This document shows, piece after piece, positions 10,182 to 21,286 of a stretch of 64,000 nucleotides of DNA. A model generated the notes under the pieces. The model searched no databases. It had not been told where the DNA came from and was given only the letters and a program-made list of their open reading frames with translations. Positions within the stretch are counted from its first letter, which is position 1. Each line of letters begins with the position of its first letter. The stretch is from a virus. The position numbers were made by a program, and so were the translations under genes. The DNA is taken from IMG/VR virus record IMGVR_UViG_3300045988_045053, positions 87,161 through 151,160 of that record; one strand, written 5' to 3'.

Positions 10182-10939
10182 TTCTCGTTAGTTGGCTTAA
10201 GCCATAAATTAGTGTTCTTAAAAATGTAATCTCTAAGTCTTGGAAGGTAATCAAGATATGTTAAGGTTCTAATGGTATTGCATCTAAAACACTTAATCAG
10301 TTCCTCTCTAATTCTCTCCTCTGACACTACTGGCATTTTAGAATCATAATCATATAACACTATAGCTTGCCAAGTTGTTTGCTCTATTGTGAATCTCTTA
10401 GTAACCGCAAACCTAATGGCTCTAAGTATCCTAAGAGGGTCATCATCGAATGTTGTTACAGGGTCGAGGGGAGTTCTTATCAAAGCATTCGTTATATCAT
10501 GCTTACCATAAAAGTAGTCAATGATTTCTCCAGTATCAGGGTCTTTAGCCATAGCATTAACAGTGAAATCTCTACGTGATAAATCATCATACAAGTTACC
10601 TGGTTCTACTATGGGAATCCTAGTGCCTGGGACATATCCTACTTCCTTTCTAGCCATTACGAAGTCTGCCACACCTTGATACTTGTATCCTTCTGGGAAC
10701 TTAGCACGTATAGTATAGCACTTTGGAGTTACTAAGAAGATTTCAAACTTCTGCTCTTCTAAGTAGCTCTTTAATGCTTTGAACATTAGTTGAGCTGGAC
10801 TAAGCTGAGCTTCACATGGGTGAATTTTACTATAGACTGCCTCTGTAGGCACAGCTACATAATCAACATCCTTATTGGTAAGACCTAGGAGTTCATCTCT
10901 AATCTTACCGCCTACTTCATAAAATTTAAAATCTTCCAT
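10178..10939 (-). CDS. cca: tRNA nucleotidyltransferase (CCA-adding enzyme / poly(A) polymerase family)
   Basis: GGKIRDELLG...DVDYV head motif, RRDFTVNAMA, DDPLRILRAIRFA. Confidence 0.75.
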   Translation of the reverse strand: MEDFKFYEVGGKIRDELLGLTNKDVDYVAVPTEAVYSKIHPCEAQLSPAQLMFKALKSYLEEQKFEIFLVTPKCYTIRAKFPEGYKYQGVADFVMARKEVGYVPGTRIPIVEPGNLYDDLSRRDFTVNAMAKDPDTGEIIDYFYGKHDITNALIRTPLDPVTTFDDDPLRILRAIRFAVTKRFTIEQTTWQAIVLYDYDSKMPVVSEERIREELIKCFRCNTIRTLTYLDYLPRLRDYIFKNTNLWLKPTNEK

Positions 10940-11206
10940 TAATAAAAATAATCTGATTCAACTTTCTGAATAATCTTCTCTCTGCTTCCTTTTAGACTAT
11001 AGCCACTACGTTCGTAACAACTAAAGTATTCTAAAACTTCATGTACTAAAAGATTAAAACTATGATTCTCGAAGTGATGCTCATCCACATCAATAGACCA
11101 ACCACATCCATCTAACCACCTATACACATTTAGATGCTTACCATTAACATGGTTTGGAAGGTTTGCTAATAGTGACAGATTATCCATTCTCTAATATTAT
11201 AACAAT

Positions 11207-11599
11207 TTACCAGTCATACACACAACCGATTACTTGCTTCTCTTTAACGAACTCATATAGTTCATTAATAGCTTCATCCCACGTTAGGTCAGGAAATTGG
11301 GCATACTGTGATACATTACCATCTTCATCCTTGAAATCGGCTATGTCTAAGTAGTTCATATACTTGATTGTTGAATACCTATTAAAGTAATCACAGCCAT
11401 CCATGAAAGTAGGAAGTTTTATCCAAGGAGCTATTGGTAATAAATCATAGGCAGTCAGCAGGTCAAGAGCTACCTCCTTAGAGATAGCTCCTTCATCTGC
11501 CTTCTTAAATATTTCTTTAGCGAACTCAGCCTTGAACTGGTTCAATTTCTCCCTCATCGACTCTAGGGTCCGAATTTCTTTGTCTAAGTCTTCCATCAT
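11207..11599 (-). CDS. hypothetical protein
   Basis: 130-aa ORF. Confidence 0.35.
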   Translation of the reverse strand: MMEDLDKEIRTLESMREKLNQFKAEFAKEIFKKADEGAISKEVALDLLTAYDLLPIAPWIKLPTFMDGCDYFNRYSTIKYMNYLDIADFKDEDGNVSQYAQFPDLTWDEAINELYEFVKEKQVIGCVYDW

Positions 11600-11900
11600 A
11601 TATTAATACGAGTTTATCAAATTCTTCATCTGTTCCTTCATAAGGAGTAATTTTATAGTTGTAGTAATCTTCCCACTCGATACTATCAACTACCTGTCTT
11701 ATAGCTTCTTCAGTCATGTTATGATATTCATAACCTTCTGTAGTAACTATAAACGAATCTGGAACTATACCAACTGCGATTTCGAAAGCATATGCATCAG
11801 CTGCATTGTTCATGTCTTCATCAAACAAGCTCTCTGCGTATGCAGCATATCCACTATATGTTTCGAAATCATTAATGCAAGTTATAATATACCTGTTCAT
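11526..11900 (-). CDS. hypothetical protein
   Basis: 124-aa ORF. Confidence 0.35.
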   Translation of the reverse strand: MNRYIITCINDFETYSGYAAYAESLFDEDMNNAADAYAFEIAVGIVPDSFIVTTEGYEYHNMTEEAIRQVVDSIEWEDYYNYKITPYEGTDEEFDKLVLIYDGRLRQRNSDPRVDEGEIEPVQG

Positions 11901-13270
11901 TGGTCAGATTCTATATCAACTTCACCTTTATCTAATGCTTTAGATTCTGCAAATAAGAATCTATTACATTTTAACTTATATGCCCCAGACAGACCGTCTT
12001 CTATACGAATTACTATACCTTCATGTGGCACATCATTGTGACACTCCGGAGATAGTTCTTCCATGAAGAAATTCTTGTCCTCGGCTAATCTTTGTATGAA
12101 ATTCTCATTCCAGTGTTCAGATATATCCGGATATAAATCCTTCGCATATCCATAATACAGTTCTGTTACCGGAGTGAGGCCCTTATCTTTACACCATTGT
12201 TGCACTTGTCTAGCACTAAATTCATACACTATTCCGTCAGGATTAGTATAAGTAATACGGTACACTCTGATACCAAAATGCACATTATACTTATATGGAG
12301 TAGTAGGGTCCCATATCGGCATATCGTAACCATAATCATAAGCTTTACCTCCCATTGACTGAATTGCTCCTCCAGTAGGAAGCCAGCCTATAATTTCATA
12401 ATAAAGAGTTAATCCTTTAGTTAAAAATGGCTGTAATACTTTATGAGCTTCTCCCCACACATCACAGCCATAGTAACCCTCACTAACTTCCTTATTATAA
12501 TATTGGTTCTTTACAACCTTTCTAGAGGACCACAGATAGTCGTATGCAGTGTCAGGTACATAGGTAAGCCAGCCAGCCACCTTGTCTTTCCACTTCAATT
12601 GCCTTTTGCATAACACATCTGCTGATATTCCAGACGTGCCATGAACTTTACTAGTAATACTAATAATGTCGTTTGGCTTAATTATCCATGGACACTTCTT
12701 AATAAGAATAGTATCATAGTGGAATCTAAACTGATTGTCAACTAACTTGCTCAACCCTTTAGGCTGTTTACCAGTTCTAGTTTTATTGCTGGAGCCAGAA
12801 GTTCTATTCTTTAATACGTACTTCTTACAAATAAACAGGTTTCCTACCCTATCAAATTCAGTGCCGGCATCTATTCCAGTTACAGCTTCGGTATGTCCAA
12901 GAGAGCTTATCCATTTAGTAATGGACTCTATAGACATAATAAATCCTTCTGAAACATGGCCCTGCAACTTAATAATCTTCACTCTTCCGTTATCTTCGAA
13001 ATACCCAGGTGCTGCTTCCTTGTCAGCATTCAGCTCAATATGTCTGAACTGGTTATTAGCTGACAAGAAAGAATAGTCAATAGCACATCCTATAGGGAAA
13101 TACACATACATTCCAGGTTCTGTATCTTTACTAACCGAAATAGTATATCCGTCTATATGAGCACATTTAAGACGCTCGCACTTAGGGTTTGGGTGTGGTG
13201 TAAAATCGTGGATTTCCACAATCTTAGCACAATAGTTAATATTGATTTTAGGTGATTGATTTAATTGCAT
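11897..13270 (-). CDS. RNA ligase (Rnl2-like nucleotidyltransferase) with N-terminal extension
   Basis: Motif I SKVHGTSGI (KxHGT is Rnl2-type), EGIVIR (motif IV), KLK (motif V). Sits close to pnk and cca. Confidence 0.6.
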   Translation of the reverse strand: MQLNQSPKININYCAKIVEIHDFTPHPNPKCERLKCAHIDGYTISVSKDTEPGMYVYFPIGCAIDYSFLSANNQFRHIELNADKEAAPGYFEDNGRVKIIKLQGHVSEGFIMSIESITKWISSLGHTEAVTGIDAGTEFDRVGNLFICKKYVLKNRTSGSSNKTRTGKQPKGLSKLVDNQFRFHYDTILIKKCPWIIKPNDIISITSKVHGTSGISADVLCKRQLKWKDKVAGWLTYVPDTAYDYLWSSRKVVKNQYYNKEVSEGYYGCDVWGEAHKVLQPFLTKGLTLYYEIIGWLPTGGAIQSMGGKAYDYGYDMPIWDPTTPYKYNVHFGIRVYRITYTNPDGIVYEFSARQVQQWCKDKGLTPVTELYYGYAKDLYPDISEHWNENFIQRLAEDKNFFMEELSPECHNDVPHEGIVIRIEDGLSGAYKLKCNRFLFAESKALDKGEVDIESDQ

Positions 13271-14262
13271 TCAAAACTAGTCAATAATTGCTTACAGCTA
13301 ATCTTCAGCTAGACTCCAATCTTGACTTAAAACGGCATCAGGAAACCACTTAGTAACAACGTAGTACTGGTTAGAACCAGATATAGGAAGACAGATGATA
13401 TTGCCTTCCTTCATTCTGTAACGTCTCTTACTTAAGTTGATAACTGTCATACCTGCTCTCATCATAGATAGAGCTTCTCCAAAGTCAAATGTCTCGTTCA
13501 TAATCTTATAAATTAAAATTAAACAATCTTGTAGGATGATTCAACATATTCGTAAAGCTCATCCAATGTGCTTATAATTTCTTTACCCTCTTCGTCATAG
13601 GCTTTTATATCTGGGTCTCCGGCTTTCTCGTAAACCCACCACATAATCCAGTCTATGCCTTCGTCAGTATAGTTCTCTTTAAATATAGCCATGGCTATAC
13701 ATTCAGCATTACTGACTATATCACTGTCAGCAATATCAATTCCCATTTCAGACAATTTGAAACATCTGGAGTTGATAGCTTCCAATGAATTTACTACTTC
13801 TATAAAGTTCCCTTTTACCATATTACACCTTTTAATTGTTCTTGAATTTCATTAATAGTCTCACTGTCATAACCTCTAAGAAGGTCTCTATAGAAATCAA
13901 ATACAGTTTCATATAGCTGACTTTTATCCTCCTCTGATAGAGTGTTCCCTACCAGAGAAGTCAATAAGTCTGCCACCTTAGCGCTTATAGATATTGAAGT
14001 TTTGTTAATCACAGATACATCAATGCGTTAGATAGTATTTTAATTAACTCTGCATCAGAGAAATCATCTACATTTAATAGTGTTTCTCTAATAACAAAGA
14101 CATCATCATCTGGTTGATAATGCTTCCGCATAATATCAATCACATCATCTTCATTCCTAATTAATGTACTTCTTTTATATGCAACGTCTGATTCGTCGCG
14201 ATATTTAAAGAACTCCATTTTAGGTTCGCCTTGCTGCCTATATACTACAATGTAATTCATAC

Positions 14263-15471
14263 TTATTCATAGTCTCGGATGCACTTAAGTACTGGTTGTA
14301 ATGGTCTGCCATCGTCAGAGTAGTAGAAATACTTGACAGTAGCCATTTTACCGATAAGTTCATCCATTCTGTCTAGATATTCATACTTAAGTTCTCTAGG
14401 TCCCATAGGCTTGGCTTCAAATTCCTTACCAGCCTGAGTCTTACATATGAACACCATATCTTCAGGACGTAATCCGTCACTATAGCCAACAATCTCAAAC
14501 TCGTCGTCTTGATACATTTTGACTTTAATCATGGCATTAGTACGTCCTCCATAGTTATATGGTTTGTCCGGGTCTCTAATAACTATACCTTCAAACCCTT
14601 CGCTGACATATTTATCATGAAGCTTCTGAATGTTAGTCCACCCTACTACTCCCTCTTCTGGAACTATTCTAACCTTCAGGTCATCTTCATTCCAATTAGC
14701 ATTAGGGTCAAAATCCACAATTCCAAGTATAGGAGCTATTTCGTCAGATATATAATTCCACCTTTCCTGTGCTGTCATATTAGCATCCATGGTATCATAG
14801 ATGTAATATTCCAATTCATTACAGCGGGATTCTCCAGATTCTAATCTTGCTGTACCACTTATATACTGCAAGCTTCGACCGTGAATGTAAAGTTCACCAT
14901 CGAGAACCAAATCTGGCATCTTATTAAATAACTCTATCATCTTGGGATGTGTTCTTAGGTGTACTGTAGAAGCGTCATAATCGCCACCTCCCCGACTAGC
15001 AGATACTATCTCTCCGTCCTTTAGATAGAAAGAACATCTGACACCGTCTATCTTACGAGAACCTAGCCAGTACTTGATTTTATCAAATACCTTAGTAGCT
15101 ACCTCCTCGTACTTCTTGGCTTTCATATGCTTCTTAAATCCATTTGAATCAGTAACACCCTCACCTAGGTGTTCTTCAACAAATGCTGCAACTGCCTTCG
15201 CATCCTCTATGTTAACAGAGGATGGAAGTAGCTTATAACCCTTATCTGTATACTTCTTTAGATGAGAATTGTACTCTAACTTAGCCTGTTCTGCAACAGT
15301 CCTTTTGGCTTTGCCTTGGAATATCCATATCTCTGGCTGCACAGTTACTTTGCCACCATACTGATAAGTCTTTCTTCTTATAACAAAGCCATGTTGGGCA
15401 TCATCCCATTTGCAACTAATCTCGACTACTCTAGTTTTACCCTTGTTGTCTTTAGTTACTAATTTATCCAT
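14263..15471 (-). CDS. ATP-dependent DNA ligase
   Basis: Motif I RKIDGVR (KxDGxR), DGELY, EGIVIRD, IKVK. Confidence 0.8.
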   Translation of the reverse strand: MDKLVTKDNKGKTRVVEISCKWDDAQHGFVIRRKTYQYGGKVTVQPEIWIFQGKAKRTVAEQAKLEYNSHLKKYTDKGYKLLPSSVNIEDAKAVAAFVEEHLGEGVTDSNGFKKHMKAKKYEEVATKVFDKIKYWLGSRKIDGVRCSFYLKDGEIVSASRGGGDYDASTVHLRTHPKMIELFNKMPDLVLDGELYIHGRSLQYISGTARLESGESRCNELEYYIYDTMDANMTAQERWNYISDEIAPILGIVDFDPNANWNEDDLKVRIVPEEGVVGWTNIQKLHDKYVSEGFEGIVIRDPDKPYNYGGRTNAMIKVKMYQDDEFEIVGYSDGLRPEDMVFICKTQAGKEFEAKPMGPRELKYEYLDRMDELIGKMATVKYFYYSDDGRPLQPVLKCIRDYE

Positions 15472-15851
15472 TTAAGATTTCAAAAGCCCTCATTGCACCT
15501 TCGATATAATCTGCGGCAATTGCTTCCACTGCATCATCATGTTCATCTGCATCACACACGCAAGATTTAGCATACTGTTCAGCGTCTTTCTCAATGGTTT
15601 CTACAAATTCTTCGTAATTCATAATTTGTTGTTTTATACGTCAGTGTCTAAATCATCTACAGTTAAAGGCTTATTACACTCTTGAATAAGGTTTCTAGCC
15701 AATTCATCCTGTTTAGCTTTCAATTCCTTAATCTTCTCCATAGTCTCACTCATCGCCTTCGCATGATTAGCATAGGCATTATTAAGTGTCTGGATTTCCA
15801 ATCCTATATCGGATATGGCTTTACTCTTCTCGATTACTTCTACTGTACTTA

Positions 15852-16379
15852 TCATTTCTCACCGGTATGCCCAAATCCACCTTTACGCTCTGTTTCATCT
15901 AATCTAGCAACTTCTTCCCATTCAGCCTTAGCTACAGTTGTGAATACCAATTGAGCTATACGTTCTTTATCCTCAATCCATACTGCTTCATGTCCTTGAT
16001 TAATAAGAATAACGTGTATTTCATTCCTATAATCTGCATCTACAGTGCCAGGTGTATTTAATACAGTAATTCCCTTCTTTAAAGCTAAGCCACTCCTAGG
16101 TCTTACTTGGCACTCATAAATAAACTCGCAATCTGAATCAGTAGTGGGGAGAGCAATCTTTAATCCAGTCGGGATAAGTGCTCTAGCTCCTGGGTCTAAA
16201 CGCAGCATTGTGACTTTATTAACATCAGACTTAAAGAGAATTTCGCAATCACCATAAGCTTTAATAGGATTGTCAACTGTTACTCTACTGAAGTCTGCAC
16301 GTATATCCATACCTGCTGACATAGGAGTTTCATACTGGGGAAGTTTGTTATTCGATAGATTAATTACTTGAACTTTCAT
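15852..16379 (-). CDS. dut: dUTP diphosphatase
   Basis: [31 protein letters not shown], the dUTPase motifs. Confidence 0.9.
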   Translation of the reverse strand: MKVQVINLSNNKLPQYETPMSAGMDIRADFSRVTVDNPIKAYGDCEILFKSDVNKVTMLRLDPGARALIPTGLKIALPTTDSDCEFIYECQVRPRSGLALKKGITVLNTPGTVDADYRNEIHVILINQGHEAVWIEDKERIAQLVFTTVAKAEWEEVARLDETERKGGFGHTGEK

Positions 16380-16884
16380 TGAACGTAAATGAATAAATTG
16401 AGTTTATAGTTGTGAATCTTTTATTCTCCCAGTCAATCTCAATTACATTAGATGTCTTGAACCATCTATCATTCGAATTAAGTTCTAAAGGAGCACCTTC
16501 TATAAATGCTTTAGTATATCCAGACTCCTTATGACCTTCTTCAATTCTAACGTTATTGGTTCCCAACACTTTGGTGATAGTCATAAAGCCCTTCTTACCA
16601 TTGGTAGCAAAGTAGTCTTGCAGCCAAGTATGTACATGATTTGCATTACATTCACCAGCTTCTGTATAGAAAGCTTTGATTAATGTATCGTTATCATCAT
16701 ATACAGCCAAGAAAGGATTCTCTCTAGCACTACAGCTCCCTTTAATCTTGAAAGCCTTCTTACGTTCCTTATAATGATTCACGTCATAAGTTTCAAAATT
16801 AAATACGTAACCGTTCATTGTTGATAGTGCGTCCTTAAATGCATCAGGACGTTGGCTATCATAAACATACTTAAATGTTAGCAT
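16360..16884 (-). CDS. hypothetical protein
   Basis: 174-aa ORF. Confidence 0.4.
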   Translation of the reverse strand: MLTFKYVYDSQRPDAFKDALSTMNGYVFNFETYDVNHYKERKKAFKIKGSCSARENPFLAVYDDNDTLIKAFYTEAGECNANHVHTWLQDYFATNGKKGFMTITKVLGTNNVRIEEGHKESGYTKAFIEGAPLELNSNDRWFKTSNVIEIDWENKRFTTINSIYSFTFNESSSN

Positions 16885-17276
16885 TCAACAATATAGTATT
16901 TAGGAAATAATATTCCATCTAGTTCCAGCTCTACTTCTTGAACAACATCAAATACATCAAATATGTCATTATAGTAAGCTGCTGCCATTTCCTCATCAGT
17001 GATTCTAGTAATGGCATTATCTATCGACTGGTCAGCTAATTTGCTAGCTAACATTCTACGATAGTTATCAACGATTCTACATGCCTCGTGTTCAGTTAAT
17101 ATGTAGAATATCTTACCATTTATATGATATTCATATATTCCTGGCCATATGCTCTCTTCCTCTGTACAAAGAGTGTATACTTCTGGCATGTCTAGTTTAT
17201 AAGCTACCATGTATAATCGTTCTGGATGTTCAAATCCTCTACATAGAGCTTCGTTTACAAAATCTGAGTAATTCAT
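16878..17276 (-). CDS. hypothetical protein
   Basis: 132-aa ORF. Confidence 0.4.
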   Translation of the reverse strand: MNYSDFVNEALCRGFEHPERLYMVAYKLDMPEVYTLCTEEESIWPGIYEYHINGKIFYILTEHEACRIVDNYRRMLASKLADQSIDNAITRITDEEMAAAYYNDIFDVFDVVQEVELELDGILFPKYYIVEC

Positions 17277-17281
17277 AGGTA

Positions 17282-18646
17282 TTAAGTCAATACATAAGCA
17301 TCTGTTTTAGTTCTTGATAAAGATACATATTGAAGCTGTCGTAGTTCTAATAAGTCTCTATCCAACTTAAGATTACCGGTATCTACAAACACATTATTGT
17401 AAGAGCTGCCTTGACTCCTATGTGCTGTTATAGCGTATCCATAATCAAAAGTTTGTGGCTTAATTACTCTATTATCAAATAACAGTGGTACTGGGGTTGC
17501 AAAGGACTTAGTCATGTCAAAATACTTACCCCATAAATATCCAGATTTAGTTCTATTACCCCACCTTTTCGCCTGTATAGCATCTAGCCTTATAGACTCA
17601 ATCTGTTGTGCCAAAGTTTGCAGGTAGTCTGGATTTATGTCTGTTGGGTCTATTATGAATACGTCTAATAGCCGTCTATCAACGCTATCATATAATCCCA
17701 ATTCGAACCCTGGAAGTCTAGTAAAATGAGGTACATTCCTAGTGGTTCTTCTAATGCTTGTAATTATATAGTCTGAAGAGTTAAAGAACATTTCTCCATT
17801 ATATTCAAAGTTCTCACAGCCAGTTAGAAACTCGAATTTATGATAAGGTTCATTGTCATTGTATAGTATTCTGCGTATACAATCATTGAATCCTTTAACT
17901 CGCTTATTAGTATAAGCTATCAGCTTAGTATAATTTACATCATTATGCTTTATTCCATGATTAATCTTATTAGCTGCATCAACCATAAACTGCTTAGTGT
18001 CATTATAACAAATGAGAGAACCCTTCTCTCCCATTCGAGTTTCGAATTTAGATATAGGATTCTCTCTTAATGTTAATAATATTGGTGCTAATGCTGTATT
18101 CTCGTCTTGCCTAAATATCTTGGTTAGACGGACAACATTTTCATGACTAAACACTTTACTAAGACCTCCGTTCTTAACTGGGGCAATCTGTGCAACATCC
18201 CCTATAAATAAGATTTTGCACTGATGTGTTTCACAATAGTCTACAAGTAAATCATAAAGTTCATCACTAACCATAGATGCCTCATCAATGATTATTAGTC
18301 CTTTGTTTGGAATGTCTCCCATACCATCGGAATAGAACTTCAAGTCTTTATAGTCTAAATTAAATATATCCAGTTTAGGGGAAAGTGCTAGCAGTTTATG
18401 TAATGTAGTAGCTCTGTAGCCGGTAGCCATTTCAAGTACTGCTTTGGCTTTATGAGTAGGAGCACACAACTTAAAGAATCTACAACCTCTAGTACTATCT
18501 AGATATTGTACAAATTCATTCATAACAGCTGTCTTACCTACTCCTGCATAGCCAGTAAGAACTAATATCCTATCTGGACTATCTAAAAACCTAATCATTC
18601 TATCTATAGCATATAGCTGTTCGTCTGACCAAGCTATTGTACTCAT
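17282..18646 (-). CDS. SF1 DNA helicase, Dda/RecD/Pif1-like
   Basis: Walker A GYAGVGKT, LIIIDEASMV, ILFIGDVAQIAP, AITAHRSQGSSY. Confidence 0.8.
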   Translation of the reverse strand: MSTIAWSDEQLYAIDRMIRFLDSPDRILVLTGYAGVGKTAVMNEFVQYLDSTRGCRFFKLCAPTHKAKAVLEMATGYRATTLHKLLALSPKLDIFNLDYKDLKFYSDGMGDIPNKGLIIIDEASMVSDELYDLLVDYCETHQCKILFIGDVAQIAPVKNGGLSKVFSHENVVRLTKIFRQDENTALAPILLTLRENPISKFETRMGEKGSLICYNDTKQFMVDAANKINHGIKHNDVNYTKLIAYTNKRVKGFNDCIRRILYNDNEPYHKFEFLTGCENFEYNGEMFFNSSDYIITSIRRTTRNVPHFTRLPGFELGLYDSVDRRLLDVFIIDPTDINPDYLQTLAQQIESIRLDAIQAKRWGNRTKSGYLWGKYFDMTKSFATPVPLLFDNRVIKPQTFDYGYAITAHRSQGSSYNNVFVDTGNLKLDRDLLELRQLQYVSLSRTKTDAYVLT

Positions 18647-19224
18647 AGTTCTCTATTCCAAAATCTAAAGGTAATATCCTTTAATTTAGGACCGTCATCA
18701 GTCATTATCGTTTTATATAATCTCTGATTGGTATTTGGATTATCAAGTGGTCCACATTCCTCTATGTAAGGTCCTAACTTGATGTAATCGAAATTGTGCA
18801 AATCAATTTCATCTGCCAATGTAACTCTACCACTATACCACCCAATCTTTATATCAAGTGGTACTGTTTGCTGCCATTCCATTTCTGTTTCGGCAGGAAT
18901 GGATACTTTGGGAAACCTAATTTCCTTATGAATAGTAAACTTATCAGCCGTTTTAGTGGTAGTTAACGTCCTTACTAATCCAGCATAGTGATTAATGAGC
19001 TTAGGGTCGTTATCGCCACCCATAAAGCAAATGGCAGTAATTCCCTTATTCTCATTAATAAGCTTCTCTATTCTAGTAATAGTCAGGACTTCCCCAACGT
19101 CTCCTGCCAAGTAAGAGCTATGACAGCCGTTGCAGTGACATGGACAATTGGATATGTTTATGGCTAGTGTAGTCTCGTCAGGAATTTCCCTGAAGACTAT
19201 ATCGAAACCTACATATTTAAGCAT
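18643..19224 (-). CDS. nrdG: anaerobic ribonucleotide reductase activating enzyme (radical SAM)
   Basis: CPCHCNGCHS cysteine cluster; immediately downstream of nrdD. Confidence 0.8.
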   Translation of the reverse strand: MLKYVGFDIVFREIPDETTLAINISNCPCHCNGCHSSYLAGDVGEVLTITRIEKLINENKGITAICFMGGDNDPKLINHYAGLVRTLTTTKTADKFTIHKEIRFPKVSIPAETEMEWQQTVPLDIKIGWYSGRVTLADEIDLHNFDYIKLGPYIEECGPLDNPNTNQRLYKTIMTDDGPKLKDITFRFWNREL

Positions 19225-21283
19225 GAGTATAAAATCTTCTACTAGCTTCCTCTTGCCTTGCTTGGCTAAAGTTACTAATACGTTTCAAATAACCAATAAC
19301 TCTAGTAGCATAATCAACGTTCTTACTCCCACATTTTGGACATTCCTTGAGATACCTCTTATCAATATGTCCACAATCATTACAAATAGTATTTGGAATA
19401 TTAAATGTGAAATAATTAGTACCATTGACTGCTGCCACTCTCAACAAGTTACGATACTGTTCCTTACTAAGATGTTCATCGAGATTCATATGCAATGCAC
19501 TACCTCCGTCTAAGTATTGTACATATTCCTTGCCATGTAATTTGAACTTGTCAAGTACGGTAAGAGATGTGTCTTCAACAGCATAGAAATAGCTATTATA
19601 GCAATCTCTAGGAACTACATAACCTGCTTTCCTGTCCCAATTAGCATGTTTAACCCCAAGGTTCTCTGCTGGAACAAATTCTGTGTTAAACATTAACTCC
19701 TTAGTTCTCGCTTTACGATTTTCATCACTGATAGTTTTAAGGATAGATTGCATAAACTCTCTATAAGTTGGATTATCATTAACTGGGATTCCTAAGAACT
19801 CCGCAGCCTCAATAACTCCATTAACACCTATAGTCAAATACTGCTTCTTCATATCAATGAATCCAGCTGTATATACAGTAAGCAACCCGTCTTTTAAATA
19901 GTCTTTAAGCAATTCATTATATGCTGTTTGGAACTTATGAACTTTCTTCACATTCTCACGCAAATACTCAATCATATCATACCCATTATTAACTGCATCC
20001 TGAACTAGCCTATTGATATTTAAGGTCATTACTGACTTACTACCAGTAGCAATACCACCAGCTCCAAGAGAATAACTGAATTGATTATCAGTAACCTCAT
20101 TACGAAGTCTGCAACAGGAAGATAAGGAATCAGGACTATCGGACATATAAGTAAAGAACGAGTGTCCTTTGCTATACATCTCTGCTGTAAAGTCTGCATA
20201 CTCTTCATCAACAACATCCTCTCCGTTAGTTAGAAGCGCCATGGTCTCAACAGGGAATGTAAGAATACACTTAGTACGTTCCTCATTAAACCATTTAGCA
20301 AATTTCTTCTGCAACCAACTAAGAGATTCCCATTGAGGTTGTGTACCGTCTGGGAAATAGAACTCTCCAAAGATACCTTCAAAGTAGTTCTTATCAAAAT
20401 AACTGATATTCCAGAATACTGATTGGAAGTTACGAGCAGCTGCTGGCTGATTGATTGAATATACAATCTGCTGGAACTTCTGTTCAATAGTCTTATCAAT
20501 ATTTCTATGTTTGTCAACCATTTCCTCTGGACGTTTCCAGTAATCATCACCCCACTCTTTACGAGCAAAGTAATCAAAGTACATTAGAAACTCTCCAGTT
20601 GCTACTGCACCTGCAAATTGAGAACTAATCGCAAATACCAGATTAACGAACATGCCACAGAAAGAATCCAGATTCTTAGGCTTGGCAGACAAACCTCCAA
20701 TTGGCTGTAACCCCTCCAATAGAAAGGGATACATAGTGATAGCCACGCAGTAGGGCATAATCGATGTTTCATCATGCTTATAAAGTAAATGTTGTTCCAG
20801 CATACGGATATATTCCTTAGCTAACTCCTCTCCATATAACTCTCTGATTTTATCAGTAAGAATTGCACGATTTACCTTAATAACATCACCTTTGAACAAT
20901 TCTCCATTTAAGGTTACAATGTTCTTCTCGGTAACATTAGCATTAGCATCGTATTTACTACCAGTTGCGGCATTCTTGGCTTTAGCATAGTCTTTAATGA
21001 ATTGTTTCTTTTCATTTAAAGCCCTGCTCTCTGCCCTTTTACGCCTGTACAAGATGAATGCCTTAGCAACATCATAATAATCACATGCCATAAGAGCTTT
21101 CTCTAACTGGTCTTGAAGCTCCTCAACTGAAACTATGTTGTTAATATACAACTCATCTTTAATATCCTGAAGAATATCAGAATCAATTGGCTCGTTAACA
21201 GCGTTAAATGCCTTAGTAATTGCGGCATCAATCTTATTAACGTCGAAAGGTTCTACTTTTTTGTCTCTCTTAATTACTAACAT
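19217..21283 (-). CDS. nrdD: anaerobic ribonucleoside-triphosphate reductase
   Basis: C-terminal glycyl-radical motif ATRVIGYL and Zn-ribbon CNDCGH...CPKCGS; 688 aa. Confidence 0.9.
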   Translation of the reverse strand: MLVIKRDKKVEPFDVNKIDAAITKAFNAVNEPIDSDILQDIKDELYINNIVSVEELQDQLEKALMACDYYDVAKAFILYRRKRAESRALNEKKQFIKDYAKAKNAATGSKYDANANVTEKNIVTLNGELFKGDVIKVNRAILTDKIRELYGEELAKEYIRMLEQHLLYKHDETSIMPYCVAITMYPFLLEGLQPIGGLSAKPKNLDSFCGMFVNLVFAISSQFAGAVATGEFLMYFDYFARKEWGDDYWKRPEEMVDKHRNIDKTIEQKFQQIVYSINQPAAARNFQSVFWNISYFDKNYFEGIFGEFYFPDGTQPQWESLSWLQKKFAKWFNEERTKCILTFPVETMALLTNGEDVVDEEYADFTAEMYSKGHSFFTYMSDSPDSLSSCCRLRNEVTDNQFSYSLGAGGIATGSKSVMTLNINRLVQDAVNNGYDMIEYLRENVKKVHKFQTAYNELLKDYLKDGLLTVYTAGFIDMKKQYLTIGVNGVIEAAEFLGIPVNDNPTYREFMQSILKTISDENRKARTKELMFNTEFVPAENLGVKHANWDRKAGYVVPRDCYNSYFYAVEDTSLTVLDKFKLHGKEYVQYLDGGSALHMNLDEHLSKEQYRNLLRVAAVNGTNYFTFNIPNTICNDCGHIDKRYLKECPKCGSKNVDYATRVIGYLKRISNFSQARQEEASRRFYTHA

Positions 21284-21286
21284 TAA

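Noticed and set aside
20029-20577. Minus-strand ORFs 20029..20217 and 20230..20577 nested in another frame inside nrdD
   Set aside because: Embedded in the well-supported NrdD frame; the sequences are Leu/Ser/Ile-rich junk.
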